This document shows positions 46,879-55,189 of a stretch of DNA of 64,000 nucleotides, one piece after another (the stretch's first letter is position 1; every line of letters starts with the position of its first letter). Below the pieces are notes generated by a model. The model saw nothing but the letters and a program-made list of their open reading frames with translations. It searched no databases and was not told where the DNA came from. The position numbers and the translations under genes are program-made. The DNA comes from Eggerthellaceae bacterium (GTDB lineage: Bacteria; Bacillota; Clostridia; Christensenellales; UBA1242), in assembly GCA_963602685.1 (NCBI GenBank), contig CAVCJG010000001.1, positions 13,981 through 77,980 of the forward strand. The letters run 5' to 3'.

Positions 46879-47557
46879 CTGGATTTGATTTATAATCAAT
46901 GTCATAAAAATGTGGGTTGTTTTTGATTTCATGCTCTGCTTGGATAAAGAAAGCGTTGCATACTAAATGGGTTTCTGGAGAGCCCACTTTAGAGATGTTG
47001 TTAAGGTGGCATTTGACTCCGACGCGCTGACCGCAACTTATAAGTTTTGAGCAACTGTCGGCAACGCGGCCATAAAGAGAAAGTGGGATTGTGTTGTATT
47101 TGTCAGTGCCGTCATTTTTGTTAACTTTCAAGATAAAGCGTTTAAGTTTTCTGCCGTCAGGGATGGTGACGTCTTGAGGAGTTTTTATTATCTCGCCAAC
47201 CAATATTCCGACATCGTCTTGAATCAGATTTGATTTTATAATTGGCGGTAACTCAGATACTAGGAAGCAGTTTTCAAGGCGGACAAACATGCGTGTTTGA
47301 TGGGAGCCGTTTTCGCGCAAAATCGTTTGTGTGTCAATGCGACCATACACAGCAACCTTGTCGCCTACTTTTATGTGAGAAATAAACTTTACTTCATTAT
47401 TATAAAGCACAACAGGGATGGTGTTGTTTTCGTGATCTGGAGCATTTGATTTTATGTAAAAAACCTGTCTGCCTTTGTCAAAAGGAACTGGGGCAGATGT
47501 CATTTTTGCTATGATTCTTATGCGATTGTCTGAGTTTACAAATTTATTTTCGTCCAT
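46856..47557 (-). CDS. Hypothetical protein with an internal duplication resembling two OB-fold (SSB-like) units
   Basis: NTIPVVLYNNEVKFISHIKVGDKVAVYGRI parallels NTIPLSLYGRVADSCSKLISCGQRVGVKCHL. No strong RBS seen. Confidence 0.45.
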   Translation of the reverse strand: MDENKFVNSDNRIRIIAKMTSAPVPFDKGRQVFYIKSNAPDHENNTIPVVLYNNEVKFISHIKVGDKVAVYGRIDTQTILRENGSHQTRMFVRLENCFLVSELPPIIKSNLIQDDVGILVGEIIKTPQDVTIPDGRKLKRFILKVNKNDGTDKYNTIPLSLYGRVADSCSKLISCGQRVGVKCHLNNISKVGSPETHLVCNAFFIQAEHEIKNNPHFYDIDYKSNPEKNSPIW

Positions 47558-47750
47558 ACTTTTATTTTACATGACTTTGCCCGTTTTGTCAACATTCATC
47601 ACAAATTTTGAAGTCGGCTCATATATAATTGACATGAAAAAAGAAGACGATAAACAATTTAAAATTATTTGCATTAAGGTTCCAAAATGGATGAAACCAT
47701 TTTTAAAACCTTTTGCTAAGAAAAGCGAAGAAGTCTTAGAAGATTAAAAG

Positions 47751-47880
47751 GCGGGGCGGGCGCGCGACCTGCCCAAAAGGGCAGGCCGCTGGGCGCGGCG
47801 GCACGCGTGGCCGCAGGCCGCGCCAGCCGCGCCGGGTCCCATTTTGCCTTCTGGCAAAACGGGACAAGCGCCCGCCCCGC
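47751..47880. other. GC-rich (about 78% G+C) highly structured element; candidate ncRNA or composite terminator
   Basis: A perfect 13-bp closing stem, GCGGGGCGGGCGC (47751-63) with GCGCCCGCCCCGC (47868-80), encloses three hairpins (47768-85, 47788-827, 47836-65). Confidence 0.35.
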
Positions 47881-47920
47881 TCATGGCTTCGCCACATAAA
47901 GCGGTTAGGAAAAAATGACA

Positions 47921-47946
47921 TAAAAAAACCTTCCACTAGGGAAGGC
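47921..47946 (-). terminator. Intrinsic terminator of rpmB
   Basis: On the minus strand: CCTTCC CTAGT GGAAGG followed by T7. Confidence 0.75.
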
Positions 47947-47951
47947 ACTAA

Positions 47952-48137
47952 TTACTTAGATTTTCTAGCGGTTTTGATGCATTTTGTGCAAGCCTTAACT
48001 TTAGTAGGTTTTCCATCGATTTCAATGGTTGTTTCTTGTAAGTTAAGTTCAAATGTTCTATTTGATTTGTTTTCAGCATGGCTCACTTTTTTACCAGCCA
48101 TTTTTCCGCGTCCGCAGATATCACAAACTCTTGACAT
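47952..48137 (-). CDS. rpmB: 50S ribosomal protein L28
   Basis: MSRVCDICGRGKMAGKKVSHA.NKSNRTF..NLQ is the L28 signature. Confidence 0.95.
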   Translation of the reverse strand: MSRVCDICGRGKMAGKKVSHAENKSNRTFELNLQETTIEIDGKPTKVKACTKCIKTARKSK

Positions 48138-48310
48138 ATTTTACCTCCTATGAGATTAACTTTAAGCAAAGCAATTATAACATAAGAAAAAACCAAAATC
48201 AACCAAAATGACAAATTTTTTAATAAAGAATTTGACAGATGGTTAAAAATAGTTGAAAAAAAATTTAGAATATAGTAAAATATCAATGATATTTAAAGGA
48301 GAATCTAATT

Positions 48311-48661
48311 TTGACCGTTGATACAAACAATTATTATGGCAATATTTCAATCAGCGACGACGCTATAAGAGTGGTCGCAGGTTATGCTGTTCTTGATTGC
48401 TATGGCGTTGTAGATTTAGTATCAAAGACCTTTAAAGACAGTGCTAGAGAGCTTTTTAATAAAGAATCTTATTCTAAAGGAATCAAGGTTCGTCATATAG
48501 ACAACAGAATATTTATCGATGTTTACTGTATTATGAAATACGGTGTGTCTATCAGCGCGGTTTCCGAATCACTCAAGAAGTCGGTAAAATACAGCGTTGA
48601 AAATTTTACAGGAATGATAGTAGACTCTGTCAACGTTCACGTTGTAGGGGTTAGAGTTTAG
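48311..48661 (+). CDS. Asp23/Gls24-family protein (YloU-like)
   Basis: ISDDAIRVVAGYAVLDCYGVV and VNVHVVGV. Divergent from rpmB and upstream of the yloV-like gene as in Bacillus. TTG start. Confidence 0.8.
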   Translation: MTVDTNNYYGNISISDDAIRVVAGYAVLDCYGVVDLVSKTFKDSARELFNKESYSKGIKVRHIDNRIFIDVYCIMKYGVSISAVSESLKKSVKYSVENFTGMIVDSVNVHVVGVRV

Positions 48662-48669
48662 GAGTAATA

Positions 48670-50304
48670 ATGATCAAATCTATAAATGGCGTCACATTCC
48701 GCAAGATGATTGTAGCGGGCGCCAGCCTTTTAGAGCAAAACAAAAAGTATGTGGATTCGCTCAATGTGTTCCCAGTTCCAGACGGTGACACAGGAACGAA
48801 TATGTTTTTAACAATGAAGTCAGCAGTGACTGAAGTCGGCAAATGCATCAGTGCAAACATTGACGAACTCAGCACAGCTTTTTCAAAAGGAGCACTTAAA
48901 GGAGCAAGAGGAAACAGTGGTGTTATCACATCACAAATTTTCAAGGGCTTCTGCTCAGTTACAGCAAAATACAGTGAAATCACAACCAAGACTTTCGCTA
49001 AAGCTATGCAAGAAGGGGCAAATGTTGCCTATAAAGCCGTTACAAAGCCAAAAGAAGGAACAATCTTAACAGTCATCAGAGTTATGGCAGAAAACGCCGT
49101 TAACATCGCTAAAAAGACAGACGACTTTGAAGTTTTCCTTAAAAAAGTGCTTGAAACTGGTGAAGAAATCTTAAAGCAAACACCTGAAATGCTTCCTGTT
49201 CTTAAAAAAGCAGGGGTTGTTGACGCAGGTGGACGCGGAATCATCATTATTTTCACAGGTTTTTACAAACTTTTGATGGGTGAAGAAAACCTTGAAATGA
49301 TTTTTGATGACGAAAAACAAACACAAACTGTTGAAGACGTAATCGCTGACATTTCAAACTTGGGCGAAATCGAATTCGGATACTGCACTGAGTTTATGAT
49401 TGTTCACATGTATAAAAAGACAACCGAAGCAGATATCGACAAACTTAGAGAAAGACTTATGGAGTTTGGCGACAGCGTAATCTGTATCGGTGACCTTTCA
49501 CTCGTAAAAGTTCACGTTCACTCAAACGAACCAAACAGAGCACTCGGTTATGCTCTTGAACTTGGTGAAATCATCAATGTTAAGATTGAAAACATGCGCG
49601 AACAAAACCGTGAACTCAAGAAAAAGGCTATGTCTGTTGAAGAAACTAAAAACCTTGGCATTATCGCAGTTGCTCCTGGTGACGGACTTGCAGCAATCTT
49701 CAAAGATTTAAGCGTTGACGAAATCATCGTTGGTGGACAAACCATGAACCCAAGCGCAGCCGACATCGCAGCGGCAGCCGATAAAGTTCCAGCAAGAACA
49801 GTTTTCGTTTATCCAAACAATAAAAACATTATCCTTGCAGCAGAACAAGCCAATGAACTTACAAACAAAAACCTTGTTGTTATCTCAACAAGAAGTGTTC
49901 CAGAAGGCATATCAGCAGCCATCGCGTTCAACCCAGATGGCACAGTTGAAGAAAATATCGACGCTATGAACGACGCTATTAAAAACGTAAAATCTGGCTC
50001 AGTTACTTATGCTGTTCGTGATACTCACGTTGACGGATTTGACCTTACGACTGGCGAAATAATCGGACTTGACGACAAAGCAATCTTAGCCAAAGGCAAA
50101 CTTGTTTCTCAAACAACCGAAGACTTGATTGGCAAAATGATGGACGACAACATTATGACAATCACACTCTTCTATGGCGAAGACATCAAAGAAGAAGAAG
50201 CGGTTGCATTGCAAGAACAACTTGCAAACAAATTCCCAGAATGCGAAGTTACAGTAGCATATGGCGGACAACCAATTTACTATTATTTGATTTCTTTGGA
50301 ATAA
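48670..50304 (+). CDS. DAK2 domain-containing protein (YloV-like)
   Basis: DGDTGTNM, GARGNSGVI, DAGGRG motifs in the N-terminal DAK2 domain, with a DegV-like C-terminal half. Confidence 0.85.
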   Translation: MIKSINGVTFRKMIVAGASLLEQNKKYVDSLNVFPVPDGDTGTNMFLTMKSAVTEVGKCISANIDELSTAFSKGALKGARGNSGVITSQIFKGFCSVTAKYSEITTKTFAKAMQEGANVAYKAVTKPKEGTILTVIRVMAENAVNIAKKTDDFEVFLKKVLETGEEILKQTPEMLPVLKKAGVVDAGGRGIIIIFTGFYKLLMGEENLEMIFDDEKQTQTVEDVIADISNLGEIEFGYCTEFMIVHMYKKTTEADIDKLRERLMEFGDSVICIGDLSLVKVHVHSNEPNRALGYALELGEIINVKIENMREQNRELKKKAMSVEETKNLGIIAVAPGDGLAAIFKDLSVDEIIVGGQTMNPSAADIAAAADKVPARTVFVYPNNKNIILAAEQANELTNKNLVVISTRSVPEGISAAIAFNPDGTVEENIDAMNDAIKNVKSGSVTYAVRDTHVDGFDLTTGEIIGLDDKAILAKGKLVSQTTEDLIGKMMDDNIMTITLFYGEDIKEEEAVALQEQLANKFPECEVTVAYGGQPIYYYLISLE

Positions 50305-50316
50305 TTTAAATAAAAC

Positions 50317-50345
50317 AAAAACGAGGTTAAATTCCTCGTTTTTTA
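50317..50345 (+). terminator. Intrinsic terminator after the yloV-like gene
   Basis: ACGAGG TTAAATT CCTCGT T6. Confidence 0.75.
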
Positions 50346-50383
50346 GTAAAAAACGCAAAAAAATCATAAAAAAGAGGCATTTT

Positions 50384-51151
50384 TTGTATAGATTAGATAA
50401 ATTTTTAGTTATGAAGGGATATTTTCCTTCGCGAGAAAAAGCGCAAACTGCCATTAAAGATGGCAATGTTTTTGTTGACGGGAAAGCGCGAGATTGTGCC
50501 TTTGCTTTGACGGGCGAAGAACAAATAGAAGTTAAAAATGTCAGCCAATATGTCTCTCGCGGCGCTTATAAATTGTTGGGAGCAAAGGGCGAATTTAACC
50601 TTGACTTTAACGGCCGCGTTGTTTTGGATATTGGCGCGTCGACGGGCGGATTTACACAAGTGGCGCTTGAGAGCGGTGCAAAAAAAGTTTATGCTGTCGA
50701 CGTTGGAACAAATCAACTTGCTGACCAACTAAAAAATGACGAAAGAGTTGTTGATTTAAGCCAGACCGATTTTAGAATTGCCCCAAAATTTGAAGATGTT
50801 GATTTTATTGTCAGCGACCTATCATTCATCTCTCTTAGATATGTCATTCCAAAAATCGTGGAGCAATACAAAGGCGTTGAAATGGTGCTTTTATTTAAGC
50901 CACAATTCGAGTGCGGCGTGGCAATAGCAAAGCGTGGCGGGGGAGTTGTTAGAGACAGCAAACTTCACACACATCTTTTAGAAGATTTTATTGACTATCT
51001 CACATTTTTCAATATTAAAGTGAGCGACATAACACATTCGCCAATTACTGGCAAGACCGGCAATATCGAATATTTATTGCACTTAAATGGAAAAACAAGT
51101 AAAAAAGTCAACGCTAAAAAAGTGGTGCAAACTGCATTTTCAAAATTATAA
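50384..51151 (+). CDS. tlyA: TlyA-family rRNA (cytidine-2'-O)-methyltransferase
   Basis: S4 domain RLDKFLVMKGYFPSREKAQ, SAM motif VLDIGASTGGFT, DLSFISL. Confidence 0.85.
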   Translation: MYRLDKFLVMKGYFPSREKAQTAIKDGNVFVDGKARDCAFALTGEEQIEVKNVSQYVSRGAYKLLGAKGEFNLDFNGRVVLDIGASTGGFTQVALESGAKKVYAVDVGTNQLADQLKNDERVVDLSQTDFRIAPKFEDVDFIVSDLSFISLRYVIPKIVEQYKGVEMVLLFKPQFECGVAIAKRGGGVVRDSKLHTHLLEDFIDYLTFFNIKVSDITHSPITGKTGNIEYLLHLNGKTSKKVNAKKVVQTAFSKL

Positions 51152-51189
51152 AAGTAACAAAAATTTAAAAATAATAATATAAAATTTGC

Positions 51190-52188
51190 ATGAATAGAAA
51201 ACTTATTTCACAGAGTGCTCTAAAATATAATGCAAATTTTTTTAAGCACTTTTCACCAAAAATTTGTGCCGTTGTAAAGGCTGACGCTTATGGTCATGGC
51301 GCGCAAGACGTAGCCAAAATTTTATGCGGCGAAGTGGATTATTTTGCCGTGTCATCACAGCAGGAGGCGGAAGAGATTTTATCGGTCGCGCCACAGTCAA
51401 AAATCATCATTTTATCAAAGGTGACTGACTATAATTTGTTAGATAAATTCTATCTAACAGCGACGAATATTTCAGACATAAAAAAGGCGATAGAAAGCGG
51501 AAAAACGCAGCGCTGTTTTATCAAACTTTCTGCTGGAATGAACAGATATGGAATTGACTGTCAAAACGATAATTTGTTAAAAAAAGTGAAAAATTTAATA
51601 AAAAACTATGATTTTGCAGGCTTTTCCATGCATTTTTCATCAATTTCCAATAAAAAACAGTCGTTAAAAGAATATAACATTTTTATTTCAGCGCGGGCAA
51701 AATTAGAAAAATCTTTCCCAATTTGTCTTGGTGGCGGCGGCGCAAAAAACTTTCCGTGTGACATATTGCGAGTCGGCATTGGACTGTATGGTTATGGCGA
51801 TGATATGCTTAAAAAGGCCATGACGCTTGAAGGAAAAGTTTTGCAAATTCGGACGCTTGAAAAGGGCGAGCGAGCGGGTTATGACGGCTCGTTTAAAGCA
51901 TCAAAACCTACAACGCTTGCAATTGTAAGCGTGGGTTACGCCGACGGGTTTGAGCGTGTCGGTTCAAAAAATCTTGAAGTTAAAATTGACGGCAAAAAAT
52001 TTAAGATAGTTGGTCGCACGTGCATGGATGCATGTTTTGTTGATGTCACGGGCGGAGATGTTAAAGTGGGGCAGAGCGTAACGGTTATGGACGATGCTGA
52101 CGTGCTTGCTAAAAAATATAAAAAATCAACTTATGAAGTTTTGACTTCTTTCGCTAGATTTAGAGGCGAGAGAAAAATCACACCTTAA
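51190..52188 (+). CDS. alr: Alanine racemase (short, 332 aa)
   Basis: PLP-lysine motif AVVKADAYGHG and C-terminal RTCMDACFVDV. Confidence 0.8.
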   Translation: MNRKLISQSALKYNANFFKHFSPKICAVVKADAYGHGAQDVAKILCGEVDYFAVSSQQEAEEILSVAPQSKIIILSKVTDYNLLDKFYLTATNISDIKKAIESGKTQRCFIKLSAGMNRYGIDCQNDNLLKKVKNLIKNYDFAGFSMHFSSISNKKQSLKEYNIFISARAKLEKSFPICLGGGGAKNFPCDILRVGIGLYGYGDDMLKKAMTLEGKVLQIRTLEKGERAGYDGSFKASKPTTLAIVSVGYADGFERVGSKNLEVKIDGKKFKIVGRTCMDACFVDVTGGDVKVGQSVTVMDDADVLAKKYKKSTYEVLTSFARFRGERKITP

Positions 52189-52238
52189 CTTTCACTCGCA
52201 TATACTAGAAGTGTGTAGACAAAATAGGAGGTAGGAAA

Positions 52239-52907
52239 ATGTCTTTTTACATCAACAATACAAATCCTTCAAGACCTGGTCCTGTCACTGGCAGCCCACT
52301 CAATGGGATTTGTGAAAAAATCTTGATTGAGACAACTAAAGTTTTTGATGCTTGCGTATCGCAGAGCACCGAAACGGGAATTGTTCTTCCTGTTACTGAC
52401 TTTAATCCTGCCGATCCTGCATTGCCTCTTACATTTGTGTCGGCGGTCAACGCTCCTTCTGAGCCTGTTACCATTACAGACCTTGTTGTGGATAGACTTG
52501 AAACCTGCCCAAATTATGCAAATGTTAGCGCAACTTTGACAATCCCAGTGATTGTTACTTACAGAGATGCGAATGGCGTGCTTGGAACGGGAAGAAGCAG
52601 TATCACAGTGAACAAAAATGTTGTTCTCTTTGTGCCTCAACCTTCTGCAACGCCTATCAACATTACAGCAAGCGCAGTCTTTTCAAGTGAAATCGGCTCA
52701 TACACGGCCGAAAACACATTCACTGTTACAGGCTGCTTGCAGGTAATTATGAGGGTTACTGCAGTTGTTGACGTGCTTGTTCCTTCATATGGCTATCCAG
52801 TTATTCCTCCATGCCACTCGGCTCCAGCCGCTAGCGCATGCCCAGGACTGTTTGATATGCCACTTTATCCAACGGCATCCGGCCCAGTTGTTCCGCCAAG
52901 ATTTTAA
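52239..52907 (+). CDS. Hypothetical protein (222 aa), Pro/Thr/Val-rich with scattered Cys
   Basis: Strong RBS AGGAGGTAGG and its own terminator. No family motif recognised with confidence. Confidence 0.55.
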   Translation: MSFYINNTNPSRPGPVTGSPLNGICEKILIETTKVFDACVSQSTETGIVLPVTDFNPADPALPLTFVSAVNAPSEPVTITDLVVDRLETCPNYANVSATLTIPVIVTYRDANGVLGTGRSSITVNKNVVLFVPQPSATPINITASAVFSSEIGSYTAENTFTVTGCLQVIMRVTAVVDVLVPSYGYPVIPPCHSAPAASACPGLFDMPLYPTASGPVVPPRF

Positions 52908-52918
52908 TCAACAAAAGA

Positions 52919-52946
52919 GCTCGGGAAAACCTTCCCGAGTTTTTTT
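52919..52946 (+). terminator. Intrinsic terminator
   Basis: CTCGGGAA AACC TTCCCGAG T7. Confidence 0.8.
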
Positions 52947-53017
52947 ATGCTTTTATTTTGACAAAAAGATAATATTTTGATATACTTTTGGCGATTAAAA
53001 AAGAGAGATAAAAAATA

Positions 53018-54113
53018 ATGGTTATTGATAATGAAAAAATTAAATACAAAGACCTTTGCGAAAACTTTAATTTTTTAAAGGAGTGTCTTTGACGAACCTA
53101 AATTAAAAAGCGAAGTCGAAGCGCTTAAACAGCAACAACTTTCGCCTGATTTTTATTTGGATTCGGCCAAGGTCAGCGAAGTTGGAAAGAAACTGAGAAG
53201 CAAGCAAAAATTGCTTGATGAAATCAGCGATCTTGAAGGGCAGAGCAGCGACATCGCGGCGCTTATCGAACTTTGCGAAAGCGAAGACGACAAAGAACTT
53301 TTCACCGAACTTCAAAGCGAACTTTCTTCGTTTGACAAAAAACAGCAAGATTTAAAAATTGTTACGCTTTTGTCTGGCAAATACGACGCATGCAACGCGA
53401 TTATGAACATACACGCCGGCGCGGGCGGAACTGAGGCTCAAGACTGGGCGGACATGCTGTTTAGAATGTATAAAATGTATGCCGAAAAAAATGGCTACAA
53501 GTTGACAGTTATCGACGTTTTAGAAGGCGATGAAGCAGGCATAAAAAACATCAACTTTATCATTGAAGGTGAAAATGCCTATGGATATTTGAAGGCCGAA
53601 AAAGGCATTCACAGACTTGTTAGAATTTCGCCTTTTGATGCCAATTCGCGCAGACATACAAGTTTTGCAAGCGTTGAAGTTATGCCAGAACTTGAAGAAG
53701 CGGGCGAAATTGAAATCAAACCTGACGAACTTAAAATTGACACTTTCCGTTCAAGCGGAGCAGGTGGACAGCACATCAACAAAACCGAATCTGCGATAAG
53801 AATCACGCATATCCCAACGGGAATCGTAGTTTCTTGCCAAACTCAACGCTCGCAGATTCAAAACAAAGAAGTAGCCATGAAAATGCTTATTTCAAAACTT
53901 GCTGAAAAGCAAGAACGCGAAGAAATGGAGCACCTAGCACAAATAAAAGGCGAAATCAAAAAGATTGAATGGGGCAGCCAAATCCGCAGTTATGTTTTCT
54001 GTCCTTACACGCTTGTCAAAGACCACCGCACAGGCTGCGAAACCAGCGACATTCAAGCGGTTATGAACGGCGACATTCAAGAATTTTTAAATAGTTATTT
54101 GCAAAAGATATAG
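53018..54113 (+). CDS. prfB: Peptide chain release factor 2, expressed via programmed +1 frameshift at 53087-53093
   Basis: Frame 0 ATG 53018 encodes MVIDNEKIKYKDLCENFNFLKECL and then TGA. The site AGGAG-TGT-CTT-TGA-C matches the classical RF2 shift site. The +1 frame continues DEPKLKSEVEAL... and contains the SPF (RISPFD) and GGQ (SGAGGQHINK) motifs. Confidence 0.9.
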
Positions 54114-54121
54114 AAGGGAAC

Positions 54122-55177
54122 ATGAAAAAGAAATATATGCAAGCCGAATTTGCGGCATTAAAAACTAAAGAAGATTTGACAATTCTTGCCATTGAAAGTT
54201 CTTGTGACGAAACTGCAATCAGCGTAGTCAAAAATGGCAGGGAAGTTTTGTCAAACATTGTTTCATCTCAAATCGAAATTCATCGCAGATTTGGCGGTGT
54301 TGTGCCAGAAATTGCATCTCGAAACCACCTTATGGCAATCTCAAATCTTTACACCGAAGCGCTTAAAGAAGCAAACATCACGCCCGATCAAATCGACGCC
54401 ATAGCAGTTACTTACGGCGCAGGACTTATGGGCGCGCTGCTTGTTGGAGTTAACTTTGCCAAAGGGCTTAGTTATGCGTTAAACAAACCACTCATCGCAG
54501 TCAACCACGTTCACGGCCACATCGCATCAAACTATATTTCGCACCCTGACTTAAAGCCACCTTTTGTTTGCCTTATGGTCAGTGGCGGGCATACGGCGTT
54601 GCTCAAAATTTCTGACTACAACAAATTCAAACTTTTAGGTTCGACTGTCGACGACGCAGCAGGCGAAGCATTCGACAAAGTCGCGCGTGTGCTTGGGCTT
54701 GTTTACCCAGGTGGCCCTGAAATTGACAAACTTGCCAAAAAGGGGAAGAACAACATTAAATTCACTGTGTCAAACTCACTGCACTCGACACTCAATTTTT
54801 CGTTTAGCGGAATCAAAACTTCGGTTATCAACTATGTCCACAAATTCGAACAAAAAGGCGAAGAATACAACAAGGCGGACGTCGCTCGCAGTTTTGAAGA
54901 AAGCGTAACTGACGAACTTGTAAGCAAAGCAATCAGAGCAATGCAACAAACCGGCTACGACAAAGTGGTTATCGCCGGCGGAGTCGGAGCAAACTCAATG
55001 TTGCAAGAAAAAATGGAAAAACGTTGCAAAATCAACGGATTTAAGGCATATTATCCAATTTTAAAATATTGCACAGACAATGCCGCTATGATTGGCTCGG
55101 CTGCATATTATTACATCAGAAAAGGCATGGGACTTGCCGGGCTTGACCTGACAGCAAGACCAAGCATCGACTTATAA
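54122..55177 (+). CDS. tsaD: tRNA N6-adenosine threonylcarbamoyltransferase TsaD
   Basis: ILAIESSCDETA, NHVHGHI, VSGGHT, GGVGANS motifs. Confidence 0.9.
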   Translation: MKKKYMQAEFAALKTKEDLTILAIESSCDETAISVVKNGREVLSNIVSSQIEIHRRFGGVVPEIASRNHLMAISNLYTEALKEANITPDQIDAIAVTYGAGLMGALLVGVNFAKGLSYALNKPLIAVNHVHGHIASNYISHPDLKPPFVCLMVSGGHTALLKISDYNKFKLLGSTVDDAAGEAFDKVARVLGLVYPGGPEIDKLAKKGKNNIKFTVSNSLHSTLNFSFSGIKTSVINYVHKFEQKGEEYNKADVARSFEESVTDELVSKAIRAMQQTGYDKVVIAGGVGANSMLQEKMEKRCKINGFKAYYPILKYCTDNAAMIGSAAYYYIRKGMGLAGLDLTARPSIDL

Positions 55178-55189
55178 AAAGGAGCAATA

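Noticed and set aside
47475-47747. 90-aa plus-strand ORF, including a possible 37-aa sub-ORF from ATG 47634 that ends exactly at the GC-rich element
   Set aside because: Its 5' part overlaps the start of the minus-strand gene. Neither the long nor the short version has a Shine-Dalgarno. The in-frame continuation through the TAA into the GC-rich element is most simply a consequence of stop-poor GC-rich DNA. There is not enough evidence to call a gene or a readthrough event.
47736-47948. 70-aa Arg/Pro-rich minus-strand ORF over the GC-rich element
   Set aside because: It exists only because the ~78% G+C segment lacks stop codons. There is no RBS, the composition is extreme, and the ORF spans the rpmB terminator hairpin. 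I treat it as an artefact of a structured non-coding element.
53103-53348. 81-aa minus-strand ORF opposite the 5' part of prfB
   Set aside because: It is fully antisense to the RF2 coding sequence once the +1 frameshift gene model is applied, and it has no RBS.
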